Source: Macrostomum lignano
Taxonomy: Eukaryota
Direction: 5' to 3'
Length of the DNA: 64,000 bases
NCBI GenBank assembly: GCA_002269645.1
Contig: NIVC01002150.1
Location: forward strand, 62,001 to 126,000
Position 1 is the stretch's first letter. Each line of letters begins with the position of its first letter. Shown here in pieces: positions 53,332 through 64,000 of this stretch. The notes under the pieces were generated by a model that did not search any database, was not told where the DNA came from, and saw nothing but the letters and a program-made list of their open reading frames with translations. The translations under genes and the position numbers were made by a program.

Positions 53332-53829
53332 ATGCAGTTTTTCTGCTTAATCTCCCCTCTGCTGGCCCTCTGGATTTTCCCCGCTCCCATTCTCGCAGCG
53401 CCCCTCGGAGCCGGCGATCTCTTCAGGTCGTGCAGCGCCTCGGTGCCCGGCCTGTCGCGGGACAAGCTGGCATCGGGCCAGCAGATTTTCTCTCTGGCCC
53501 CACCGGCCGAGCTGCGAGGCGGCCCAGCAAGCGTGACCGAACCGCCTGTGGGCGACGGCGACTCTCCGTGCCCGTTCGCTCAGACGAAGAACTTCACCTT
53601 CGAGGGCAAGCCGTGCCTTGGCGGCGCTTCCTGCTTCACGGACCGGGTCTGCCTGTCCGCAAAACCGAAGTCTCTGGATGGGGACAGGTACCGCTGCAGC
53701 AAGGGCGTCCGGCTTGAGGAGTTCAGCCAGGTGGCCTTTGTGTACATTGGCTCATGTAACGGCTTGCACCTGTATGAGCGAGTGATAGTGCACCCACAGA
53801 TGTGCGTACTGCTAACACTTGAGCATTGA
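53332..53829 (+). CDS. Secreted Cys-rich protein, 165 aa, copy 1 (possibly a cystine-knot cytokine, IL-17/Trunk-like)
   Basis: Hydrophobic N-terminus MQFFCLISPLLALWIFPAPILA-A (signal peptide-like); 8 Cys in the mature part (34, 80, 95, 101, 107, 122, 142, 158); NFT sequon. TATAAA at 53223-53228 and AATAAA at 54008-54013. The ORF is intact in all three copies. The family call is tentative. Confidence 0.75.
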   Translation: MQFFCLISPLLALWIFPAPILAAPLGAGDLFRSCSASVPGLSRDKLASGQQIFSLAPPAELRGGPASVTEPPVGDGDSPCPFAQTKNFTFEGKPCLGGASCFTDRVCLSAKPKSLDGDRYRCSKGVRLEEFSQVAFVYIGSCNGLHLYERVIVHPQMCVLLTLEH

Positions 53830-54968
53830 ATCTGTTTGTAATTACATGTATTCCTGTTGCATGTCCAGCTACATACTCAGGTGCTTTTCTACCCTGTCAA
53901 TCAATAAGTTTTTGGTTACAGCACCTCTTTTTTTATCCAAGCACTGAATAATTACCATGATTTTCTACTTTCAAACTTGTTTTTGTAATGCTTTTCATAA
54001 ATATGTAAATAAATTAAGCGGATTTTCATCAGGTCTGGTCTGAGCCTGATTGGCCCAGAAATTCAATGAAAAAGATGAAACCTTAAGCTGAAGGCTTTAA
54101 TAAACATTTTCTAGGGAAAAATATTCATACACAAGGGTATGCATGGATTTGTGTGCAGACATATAGTTGACAATAGTTTATAGTCTAATAAACTGCATGG
54201 ACTACTCACAGTTTAGCTGTCCATGTCAGCTAGCCCCGGATATCGTATGTACCCCTATGGAGAATCGTTGCGCACGTTAGACACAATTAAAACAGTGCAT
54301 TGCTTGCTCTTCAACATTGCCCTTATTGAGCAGTATAGTTTCAATGCAGTCCCAGAGCAGGTTCTGCATTTACGTGACGTACACCACACACCTGCAGTTA
54401 TGCACGCGGGAATGCCGCGAAAAGAACTCGCGACGTGTTTTCCGCGCGTTTCATGCATCTCAGATTCAGTTGCTGAATATGGAAGCAGAAAAAATGCATG
54501 GGAATTCCGTTTGCATTCTTTCGTTTCCGGTCATCCCAGATGTTGTGAAACTCGAAGAACGCTTTATTAAATGCTCGAAATGAGGCCAGGTGCAAAGTTC
54601 AAAATGTTGCTATTTTACATGTATATCAATTTTTATATCGGATGCCCTTTTACCGTCCTTTACCGGAGAAGTACCAGTACACTGGATGCATGGCATGCAG
54701 CCCACGAAGCAGGTGTCTCTGCAGTCTGAGCCTTTTTGCGACCACGAGACTATACGAAGCTTTGGGATTATCGAATTTATAAGCGGCTGATGGATGTACA
54801 TTTTGTATCTACTGTAATATGTATAGGCGTACACACAGGGACTACTAAATTCTGTCAGTAGTCCCTAGGCGTACATGCTATATACAGTATGTACCGTTCG
54901 TACATGCAGATAACATAGTCAAGGACTACTAAAGTTACTAATGGTCCTTGAATACGAGCGTATATAGC

Positions 54969-57050
54969 TGATGTGTATTCCTAAGACGGTTCGTTCCGTC
55001 TAATCGTATTTTTGTGTTAACAAAAAGGAGAGGAAATTATTCGTTATCGTATAAGAGCCCTTGTCTCCCTGCGCTCGTTCGTTATTAATTCCATTTTCCC
55101 TCGTGCGCCCAGCTCTTTAGTATAACTGTCTGGGTTTTCGAGAATTATGACCATAGATAGTTCAATTGCATGCGTGAAAATTCATAGTTAAAATCCATAT
55201 CAACTTCCCCCCTCCTTAAATAGAGCACTCTCCACTTGGTTGGTCATATTTCCTCAATCAGTCGATTAGGTGGCATTCCTTTGTTTTGTCTTTTAGACCG
55301 ACGGACATGCTGTTGGTGTTGGCGCGCTCCACTTGACTGTATCTCGACTGGATCTATCGCTTGCTGTCTGAATGGTACCAAGTTGCGCGCAGTCCAAACC
55401 TTTCCATTGTCCAATCGGTATGTGATGTTGCCAACCACTTTGATGACTTTGAATGGAGAGGTGAAAGGGGACCTGCCCTTTGGCACATGTGGCAAACGAA
55501 CACGTACCAGATCACCGACCTTGAAGTGTCGCTTGAATACTTGGTGCGGTTCCTGTTTTAATGTGGTCACTAGCTCGTTCTGTGTTTCATTGACCTCGGT
55601 TGCTCTGCGAGGCTGGAAATTTGCCCTTATGTCGCGGCCAAATAGCAGTTTTGCAGGTGTGTCTCCGTTCTCATTCGGCGTTGTGCGGTAGCTGAATATA
55701 GTCTGTTGCATGCCCTCTTCGTAACTCTTCCGCTCAACCTCGAAGGTTTGCGCCGCATACTTCAGCGTTCGATTGAAGACTTCTACCTTGCCGTTTCGTC
55801 TTGGCTCATACAGTGGGACACATTCGTGTCGGATATCTCGTGAGGCGAGAAAGTCCTCCATTTCTCTGGAGACAAAGTTGCTTCCATTGTCAGATACCAA
55901 GGTATCAGGATTGCCGAAGCGATTGAAAACCTCTGTCAGCCAGTGGATCAGCCTTGGTGATCTCGTGTCTCCAGTGAGAAGGATCTCAGGATATGACGAG
56001 TAGTAATCAATGAGCGCGACAATGAATCGTTGATTTTGTGGAGCGATTGCAAACGGCACGGTGATGTCAATCGCGAGCTTTGACCAGGGTCGGTCAGGCT
56101 TTTCAACCGGTCCACCGTTTGGCGCGATAATTTTGTGCGACTTAGCACTGTCCTGGCATGGTAGACAGAACTTGACATAGTTCGTTATGGCGCTATCCAT
56201 ACCTTGCCACCAGTATGCCGATCGCAGAAGTCGTTTCATTCGTACGATTCCCGGGTGTCCTTCGTGGACACGCTTCAGGATTGTCTTCACTAGGCTGCTG
56301 GGCGGCAAGATTTGTTCACCACGGATCAGGGTTCCGTTTTCTATCGTCAGTTCGTCTTGTATCTGTGCAAAGGCCTTGAGCTCTGTCTTCTTTTAATCAA
56401 TTGTTTGGGAGCTTTGGACGGCCTTCATAACCTCCTGGTCGTTAGCTTCTGCAGGTTTCTTGTAGAAGGGGTGTCAATATCGTTTGCAAGCAGAATGCTG
56501 CGGATAGTAGCATCGTCTTCGTTATCCGCACTGACCAGTCCATCGACGACTGGTAGTCTGGATAGGGCGTCAGCCACTTAGTTGGTGCTTCCGGGCTTGT
56601 AGACTATGTCGTAGTCGAATTCGGACAGCCGAACCTACCGACGTGTTAATTTTTCTGACTTCTTCTTGTTACTGTGATGTCGTAGGAGGCTCGTTAGTGC
56701 AGAATGATCAGTTTGTAAAGTGAAATGTCGTCCCAGCAAATAGCTCGTATTTTGCCAAGTGTTCACATGCCCAGACGCAGGCAAGTGCTTCGCGCTCGTC
56801 CACAGCGTAGTTTTGTTCCCGCTCGGAAAGTGCATGGGATGCAAATGCTATTAGAAGCTCGGTTTCGGCTTGTGTTCGTGACAAAACTGCACCGATGCTG
56901 ACATCTGAAGCGTCGGTTGTTGTCAAGATCGTGGGAAGGTTAGGATCGAAAATGGCCCGTTCCAGTCGTTCCTGAAGTATCCGTTTTATGCGGTCAAAGG
57001 CCGATTGTTGTTCACATCCCCAGATAAACTTCCGTTTACCTTTTCTTTTG
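54969..57050 (-). mobile_element. 3' half of a Ty3/Gypsy LTR retrotransposon (RNase H remnant, integrase, PPT, 3' LTR)
   Basis: RNase H TDASDVSIGAVL...YAVDEREALACVW...TDHSAL (frameshifted, with stops). Integrase ORF 55244-56308: HEGHPG...CLPC, LAID, LVSDNGSNF, NGKVEVFN, and a GPY/F-like tail. PPT AAGGAGGGGGGAAG at 55204-55217. LTR TGAT...ATCA at about 54969-55202. 5' half missing. Confidence 0.88.
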
Positions 57051-58149
57051 TTTGTTTCTTTTGTTTGTTTATCTTTTGTTAAACATACTGTATATAGCAT
57101 GCACGCCCAGGGACTACTGACAGAATTTAGTAGTCCCTGTGTGTACGCCTATACATATTACAGTAGATACAAAATGTACATCCATCAGCCACTTATAAAT
57201 TCGATAATCCCTAAGCTTCGAATAGTCTCGTGGTCGCAAAAAGGCTCAGACTGCAGAGACACCTGCTTCGTGGGCTGCATGCCATGCATCCAGTGTACTG
57301 GTACTTCTCCGGTAAAGGACGGTAAAAGGGCATCCGATATAAAAATTGATATACATGTAAAATAGCAACATTTTGAACTTTGGACCTGGCCTCATTTCGA
57401 GCATTTAATAAAGCGTTCTTCGAGTTTCACAACATCTGGGATGACCGGAAACGAAAGAATGCAAACGGAATTCCCATGCATTTTTTCTGCTTCCATATTC
57501 AGCAACTGAATCTGAGATGCATGAAACGCGCAGAAAACACGTCGCGAATTCTTTTTGCGGCATTCCCGCGTGCATAACTGCAGGTGTGTGGTGTACGTCA
57601 CGTAAATGTAGAACCTGCTCTGAGACTGCATCGATACTATACTGCTCAATAAGGGCAATGTTGAAGAGCAAGCAATGCACTGTTTTAATTGTGTCTAACG
57701 TGCGCAACGATTCTCCATAGGGGTACATACGATATCCGGGGCTAGCTGACATGGACAGCTAAACTGTGAGTAGTCCATGCAGTTTATTAGACTATAAACT
57801 ATTGCCAACTATATGTCTGCACACAAATCTATGCATACCCTTGTGTATGAATATTTTTCCTTAGAAAATGTTTATTAAAGCCTCCAGCTTAAGGTTTCAT
57901 CTTTTTCATTGAATTTCTGGGCCACTCAGGCTCAGACCAGACCAGATGAAAATCCGCTTAATTTATTTACATATTTATGAAAAAACTTTACAAAAACAAG
58001 TTTGAAAGTAGAAAAAAACATGGTACTTATTCAGTGCTTGGATAAAAAAGAGGTGCTGTAACCGCAAAAACTTATTGATTGACAGGGTAAAAGAGCACCT
58101 GAGTATGTAGCTGGACATGCAGCAGGAATACATGTAATTACAAACAGAT

Positions 58150-58647
58150 TCAATGCTCAAGTGTTAGCAGTACGCACATCTGTGGGTGCACTATCACTCG
58201 CTCATACAGGTGCAAGCCCCTGCATGAGCCAATGTACACAAAGGCCACTTGGCTGAACTCCTCAAGCCGGACGCCCTTGCTGCAGCGGTACCTGTCCCCA
58301 TCCAGAGACTTCGGTTCTGCGGACAGGCAGACCCGGTCCGTGAAGCAGGGAGCGCCGCCAAGGCACGGCTTGCCCTCGAAGGTGAAGTTCTTCGTCTGAG
58401 CGAACGGGCACGGAGAGTCGCCGTCGCCCACAGGCGGTTCGGTCACGCTTGCTGGGCCGCCTCGCAGCTCGGCCGGTGGGGCCAGAGAGAAAATCTGCTG
58501 GCCCGATGCCAGCTTGTCCCGCGACAGGCCGGGCACCGAGGCGCTGCACGACCTGAAGAGATCGCCGGCTCCGAGGGGCGCTGCGAGAATGGGAGCGGGG
58601 AAAATCCAGAGGGCCAGCAGAGTGGAGATTAAGCAGAAAAACTGCAT
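58150..58647 (-). CDS. Secreted Cys-rich protein, copy 2
   Basis: 165 aa; differs from copy 1 at P9T, S100P, K111E and N143R. Poly(A) signal at 57962-57967. Confidence 0.75.
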   Translation of the reverse strand: MQFFCLISTLLALWIFPAPILAAPLGAGDLFRSCSASVPGLSRDKLASGQQIFSLAPPAELRGGPASVTEPPVGDGDSPCPFAQTKNFTFEGKPCLGGAPCFTDRVCLSAEPKSLDGDRYRCSKGVRLEEFSQVAFVYIGSCRGLHLYERVIVHPQMCVLLTLEH

Positions 58648-59044
58648 CCTACAGCAAACTGCTCAGCTGATACGTGCTGTCAAATATTTCACCAAATCAG
58701 ATTTTCTAAATCAATTTTGCTATACAATTTTCTGCCCGAATCTGCTTCAATTTATATTATCTGGCTCCGGCTCGAGCAAGATTGCCGGGGAAAAGCCAAC
58801 ATCGCAAATAGCTTAAAATAGATAACAATAGCGACTATTCGACTATTACGTCCCGGAATTCCCTTATGCAACTGCCCGGGTTTCCTTTTGGTGGTGTTTT
58901 ACGGTCCTACTGCACAGAGGCTAGAAATAGTAGTGAGAAAATCCTCCAGGGCCATTGTTGTGAAGTAAAAATAAACTGGATGTCAGTGTTGTTGGCTCCT
59001 GTTAACTCCTGCCGCAGCCATTGGGATTTTACATGCTGCTACTG

Positions 59045-59420
59045 ATTCCCAAGAATCACCGAAATTCTCCCCTTGCCTGGGCGGTTCGGGAATCTCTAAT
59101 TACCTAATTCTCCCGTTGCCTTGGCGCTTCGGAAATCCCTAATTACTTCATTCTACCGTTGCCTTGGTGCCTCAAAAATCCTTAATTACCTGATTCTCCC
59201 GTTGCCTTGGCGCTTCGGAAATCCCTAATTATTTAATTCTCCCGTTGCCATGGCGCTTCGGATATCCCTAATTATTTAATTCTCCCGTTGCCTTGGTGCC
59301 TCATAAATCCCTAATTAACTAATTCTCCCGTTGCCCTGGTGCCTCGAAAATTCCCTAATTACCTAATTCTCCCGTTGCCCTGGTGCCTCGAAAATCCCTA
59401 ATTACTTGCTTAATTCTCCC
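59045..59420. repeat. ~43-nt minisatellite, expanded copy in the right arm
   Basis: About 9 units (gccttgg at 59161, 59204 ...). Confidence 0.9.
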
Positions 59421-59429
59421 TTTGCCAGT

Positions 59430-60965
59430 CTTTGACTTACTTTGACTTAGCTGCAGGGCTGTCCCGGAGGGGACACAGCGGGAAGGCGCGAACGCCCATT
59501 CCGCTAATCCCTGAACGGCCGATGCGTCGCTATGGACGAAGGGTTGGCGCCTCCCAGGGAGGTCCCCAGGGTCGCCAGCAGCTATAGTGCTCTCTGGAAA
59601 GGAGAGTTCAGCCCTGCGGGTGGCCCGGAGGTAGCGCATGAGCTGATTAAAGTTTTCGGGTTTGCACGCTTCAGTAATAGATGTGTGGCCGGAGGTAAGT
59701 GAGTCTGGCCCGCGTGAAGGCGGGACAGATGCTGACGAAATGCTCAGCGGTTTCGTCACCTGAGTTACAGAAACTGCAGATGGCGTTGGTGGCGTTGCCC
59801 TGCAGGTACTGGTGCCTAGAGAAGCAGCCGTGACCTGAGAGGGTCATGGTGGCAGCCCGGATGTCTTTGCGCGAGAGGCGCAAGAGGAGCTTCCGGAGCT
59901 GGTGAGAGGGCTGAGGGACAGCGCCTCTGGATTGTCTGCTGGTGGTGCATTTCGCCCAAGTCGAGCGGTGCTGGGTCCTGATCCACGCTTTGATGCGCGA
60001 GTCGATGACACAGCCAGGAATCGGGACAAGGGGTTCGGGACCGAGAGAGGAGCCGGAGGCGCCAACTTTTGCAAGGGCGTCAGCCAACTCATTCCCCCGG
60101 ATCCCCACATGCCCCGGAACCCACTTAAGGGTGATTTTGTTGGTGGAGCCCAACATGTTTAGGAGTTTGATACAGTCGAGGACTGTAGCAGAATTGGTGC
60201 TGCAGCCACTGATGGCGTGCAAGGCAGTTTGGCTGTCCGAATGGAAAATGATGTTCTTACCGGTTACGCCAGTGGCGAGAAGCTCTGCAGTGCAGGAGCT
60301 GATGGCGAGAACTTCATTTTGGAAGACACTGGAGTTGACCCCAGTGTACTGAGCGTGGGTTGCGATGACCCTCCCGTTCAGGAAGATTCCAACACCAAAA
60401 CCGGTGTTGGCTGACTGCTTAGAACCATCGGTATAGTAGTGAAGCTCACCAGGGTTCCAGTGGTCATTGATGGTATCGCGCGAGTCGATAGCTACGGAGT
60501 AGCGCTGTCTCAGGTTGAGCGTTGAGGCAATGCCATCGGTGGAGACGCGATTGGCCTGACACTCGTTGAGAATGTTGAGACACAGGTCGCTATGCGGGAC
60601 GAGGTTTACCCCTGACGAAGAGGTCGAGAGGCGGTAGATTAAGGAAGGCCCCATGCCGGCAAAGGGCGTGAACCTGGTGGCGTTGCAGATGAGCCTAAAC
60701 GCTCTGCTCTGGATCGTTGTTGAGCAAATCTGCATGGTTTTTGACCTGGGTAGCGCTAACCCAGACAACCGAGGCGTACGTAATGACAGGTCTAACTACG
60801 GAAGTGTAGATCCACCAAAGCCGCTTTGGCGAAAGACCCCAAGAAGAGCCAAGTACTCGTCGGAGCTGGGCCAGGATGGCTGAGGCACGCTTGGCTTTTG
60901 CTTTCACGTGAAAGGACCAGTTGAGCCGGTGGTCAAGTATGACCCCGAGACATCTGGCCTGGTGC
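59430..60965 (-). mobile_element. Mirror copy of the truncated R1/LOA-like LINE
   Basis: ORF 59671..60768 carries the RNase H motifs. It has a ~70-nt deletion and an extra 18 nt (ISGCST) relative to the left-arm copy. Confidence 0.82.
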
Positions 60966-61211
60966 GCGAAAGCAATATCTCAGAGTCTTCTGGCAAGTTC
61001 ACCAGTTTACCAAGTTCACTAAGCAAAGTCTGCAAACATCTGCTGTTTGTATCTGATTTTAAGTACATCGCGTCCTTCTACTTCACCTGTTGAATTGACT
61101 GTAGTTGAGAAAATTCAGAATAGTAATTTTTAGTCAACTAAACATTTCCTATTGCTCCAGCTATGAAATCCATTAGCTAAGAAGGAAGCGCGGTCGGAAG
61201 GACCACCCCCT

Positions 61212-61295
61212 TGAGGGCTAGCCGAATGGGCGACCCTCGCCTCCCTGCTGTGTCTACGGACCCACCCTGCAGCTAAGTCAAGTAAGTAAGTCAAG
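61212..61295 (+). mobile_element. ~85-nt 3' stub of a related LINE subfamily at the palindrome boundary
   Basis: AGGGCTAGCCGAATGGGCG...CCCTGCAGCTAAGTCAAGTAAGTAAGTCAAG aligns to the LINE 3' end at 52727-52808. Confidence 0.7.
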
Positions 61296-61339
61296 GGGTT
61301 TCCGCTACAGACAGAGGCCCCAGCTGCAGAATGAGGCGC

Positions 61340-62919
61340 CAGCTGCAGAGAGAGGCGCCAGGAAATCCCTATTAGGTAATTAGGGATTTTCGAGGCGACA
61401 AGGCAACGGGAGAATTATGTAATTAGGAATTTTCGAAGCGCCAAGGCATGGGGAGAATTAGGTAATTAGGGATTTTCAAGGCGCCAAGGCAACGCGAGAA
61501 TTAGGCAGGTAATTAGGAAACTTCGAGGTACAGAGGCAAGGGGAGAATTTAGGTGATTCTTGGGAATCAGTAGCAGCATGTAAAATCCCAATGACTGCGG
61601 CAGGAGTTAACAGGAGCCAACAACACTGACATCCAGTTTATTTTTACTTCACAACAATGGCCCTGGAGGATTTTCTCACTACTATTTCTAGCCTCTGTGC
61701 AGTAGGACCGTAAAACACCACCAAAAGGAAACCCGGGCAGTTGCATAAGGGAATTCCGGGACGTAATAGTCGAATAGTCGCTATTGTTATCTATTTTAAG
61801 CTATTTGCGATGTTGGCTTTTCCCCGGCAATCTTGCTCGAGCCGGAGCCAGATAATATAAATTGAAGCAGATTCGGGCAGAAAATTGTATAGCAAAATTG
61901 ATTTAGAAAATCTGATTTGGTGAAATATTTGACAGCACGTATCAGCTGAGCAGTTTGCTGTAGGATGCAGTTTTTCTGCTTAATCTCCACTCTGCTGGCC
62001 CTCTGGATTTTCCCCGCTCCCATTCTCGCAGCGCCCCTCGGAGCCGGCGATCTCTTCAGGTCGTGCAGCGCCTCGGTGCCCGGCCTGTCGCGGGACAAGC
62101 TGGCATCGGGCCAGCAGATTTTCTCTCTGGCCCCACCGGCCGAGCTGCGGGGCGGCCCAGCAAGCGTGACCGAACCGCCTGTGGGCGACGGCGACTCTCC
62201 GTGCCCGTTCGCTCAGACGAAGAACTTCACCTTCGAGGGCAAGCCGTGCCTTGGCGGTGCTCCCTGCTTCACGGACCGGGTCTGCCTGTCCGCAGAACCG
62301 AAGTCTCTGGATGGGGACAGGTACCGCTGCAGCAAGGGCGTCCGGCTTGAGGAGTTCAGCCAGGTGGCCTTTGTGTACATTGGCTCATGTAACGGCTTGC
62401 ACCTGTATGAGCGAGTGATAGTGCACCCACAGATGTGCGTACTGCTAACACTTGAGCATTGAATCTGTTTGTAATTACATGTATTCCTGCTGCATGTCCA
62501 GCTACATACTCAGGTGCTTTTCTACCCTGTCAATCAATGTTTTTGCAGTTACAGCAACTCTTTTTTATCCAAGCACTGAATACGTACCATGTTTTTTTCT
62601 ACTTTTAAACTTGTTTTTGTAAAGTTTTTTTATAAATATGTAAATAAATTAAGCGGATTTTCATCTGGTCTGGTCTAAGCCTGATTGGCCCAGAAATTCA
62701 ATGAAAAAGATGAAACCTTAAGCCGAAGGCTTTTTTAAACATTTTCTAAGGAAAAATATTCATACACAAGGGTATGCATGGATGTGTTCAGACATAATAG
62801 TTGGTTGGCAATAGCCCCGTTTATAGTCTAATAAACTGCATGGACTACTACTGTTTAGCTGTCCATGTCAGCTAGCCCAGTATATCGCATATGCATGGTG
62901 AATCGTCGCGCACGTTAGA
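61340..62919 (+). repeat. Third (direct) copy of the segment carrying the secreted-protein gene
   Basis: Homologous to ~52830-54281. Homology ends at CACGTTAGA (62919), where a LINE begins. Confidence 0.9.
61965..62462 (+). CDS. Secreted Cys-rich protein, copy 3
   Basis: 165 aa, intact; residues T9, P100, E111, N143. AATAAA at 62643-62648. Confidence 0.75.
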   Translation: MQFFCLISTLLALWIFPAPILAAPLGAGDLFRSCSASVPGLSRDKLASGQQIFSLAPPAELRGGPASVTEPPVGDGDSPCPFAQTKNFTFEGKPCLGGAPCFTDRVCLSAEPKSLDGDRYRCSKGVRLEEFSQVAFVYIGSCNGLHLYERVIVHPQMCVLLTLEH

Positions 62920-64000
62920 GAGACTGGTGCTCTGGCGCCTCCTCTCTGTGGAACTGAAGAACAAGCCGCTCAGTGAGAACCAGCACGCCTTTCGGGCAGG
63001 CAGGTCCACGGAGAGCGCGCTTCACGTTCTGGTTGACATGCTGGAGAAAGCCGTTCTTGGTAATGGCTACGCTCTCGCTGTCTTCCTCGACATTGTTGAA
63101 GCCTTCGATAATGTCCTCTTTGAGGCTTTTGACAGAGCTCTACGTGCTAGAGGAACCCACTCGCACCTCACCCGGTGGATCATGTATATGATCAGCCACC
63201 GTACTGCCACCGCACACCTGTTGGGCCACCAACGGACGGTAACCGTCTGCAAAGGCAGCCTCCAGGGCGGTGTCCTCTCTCCAGTTCTCTGGAACATGGT
63301 CATCGATGAGCTCCTCCAGGACAGCCATCTTGACCCCATCCTCAAGGTCGGTTACGCCGATGATGTCACAGCCGTGGCATCCGGACCGTCACCTGAAACC
63401 CTTAGGGACCTGCTGCAAAACTGTATTCGCTCTGCTGAACGATGGGCGGACAGGTGCGGCCTCAGACTCTCTGAGACCAAAACTGTCGCGATCATGTTCA
63501 CCAGCAGGGTAAACTGGCGTATTCGCCCACTAAGCTTTACGGGATGGAAATTCCATCCTGTAAGCAAACCAAGTGTCTCGGCGTTACGCTGGACCACCGG
63601 CTGAGCTGGTCCACCCACGTCCAGGCCAAAACCAAAAAAGCCCTCGCGATTCTTGCGCAGCTGCGCAGAGCCGTCGGCACCACCTGGGGCCTCACCCCGA
63701 AGCGGCTCTGGTGGATCTACACCGCAATGGTCCGACCGGCCGTTACTTACGCCGGCCTGGTCTGGACCAGCGCCTTGCAGATTAAAACCTGCCACGAAGC
63801 CCTCAAAAAGGTGCAGGGACGTGCGTGCCGCATGATCCTGAATGCCCCGCTCTCTACTCCCTTTGACGGCCTCAACGCCTTTCTTTGCCTCCCGCCTCTG
63901 GACATCTTTGTCCGTCGCGAGGCTGCTAAAACCACCCGCCGGCTCATCGAGGCTGGCGTTAGCTTCAAGCCACTAAGAGCGATGACGAAGCGCAAGCTCC
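62915..64000 (+). mobile_element. 5'-truncated R1/LOA-like LINE, RT region (frameshifted, runs off window)
   Basis: LERLV...NQHAFRAGRSTE...VFLDIVEAFDNV...QGGVLSPVLWN...GYADD...CLGVTLDHRLSW...WGLTPKRLWWIY. Related to but distinct from the arm copies. Confidence 0.85.

Larger units (their letters stand above)
50969..61211. repeat. Large imperfect inverted repeat: left arm 50969-54892, spacer 54893-57082, right arm 57083-61211
   Basis: Outer ends GGGGGTGGTCCTTCCGACC / GGTCGGAAGGACCACCCCC; inner ends ...TATACAGTATGT / ACATACTGTATA.... ORFs are mirrored (53332+ vs 58150-, 51410+ vs 59671-). The arms differ by SNPs, by ~70-nt and 18-nt indels, and in minisatellite copy number. Confidence 0.93.

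Noticed and set aside
53163-53465. 100-aa ORF repeated three times (also the 54223-54834 ORFs and their mirrors)
   Set aside because: Repeated only because the segment is duplicated. It is antisense to the secreted-protein gene or has no coding features.
52830-54892. Helitron carrying the secreted-protein gene
   Set aside because: A terminal hairpin exists, but I found no 5' TC end, no correctly spaced CTRR end and no A/T insertion site, and the three copies share no clean common boundary.
50969-61211. Palindrome as a long-read fold-back artefact
   Set aside because: The arms differ by multi-base indels in both directions and in repeat copy number, and they enclose a unique 2.2-kb spacer. 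A haplotype mis-join cannot be excluded without reads.
1-64000. rRNA or tRNA genes
   Set aside because: No cloverleaf, A/B-box or rRNA-like conserved sequence was recognised by eye; tRNAscan-SE or Infernal would be needed for a formal exclusion.

Overview
Eukaryotic, repeat-rich genomic DNA. The style (GC-rich low-complexity exons, introns filled with minisatellites) suggests a flatworm such as Macrostomum lignano, but that is inference only. About 43 kb (2970-46030, minus strand) is one gene. I reconstructed 15 phase-consistent coding exons (about 1626 aa from the ATG at 45937) encoding a RIM/Piccolo/Fife-type presynaptic active-zone scaffold: Rab-binding helix, Zn finger, PDZ, Ca2+-type C2A, degenerate C2B. 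Almost every intron holds its own tandem array, and several arrays are built from splice signals. One is a run of 41-nt GT...AG mini-introns with zero-length exons; another is a run of 61-nt units each carrying an in-frame 30-nt pseudo-exon. Intron 1 holds a near full-length Ingi-like LINE with a predicted HDV-like ribozyme, a 2A recoding peptide and two PHD fingers. Upstream lies a 10.2-kb imperfect palindrome around half a Gypsy element, with three intact copies of an intronless secreted Cys-rich protein gene plus R1/LOA-like LINE fragments. A second, unidentified minus-strand gene starts near 1323 and runs off the left edge. No rRNA, tRNA or CRISPR array is supported.
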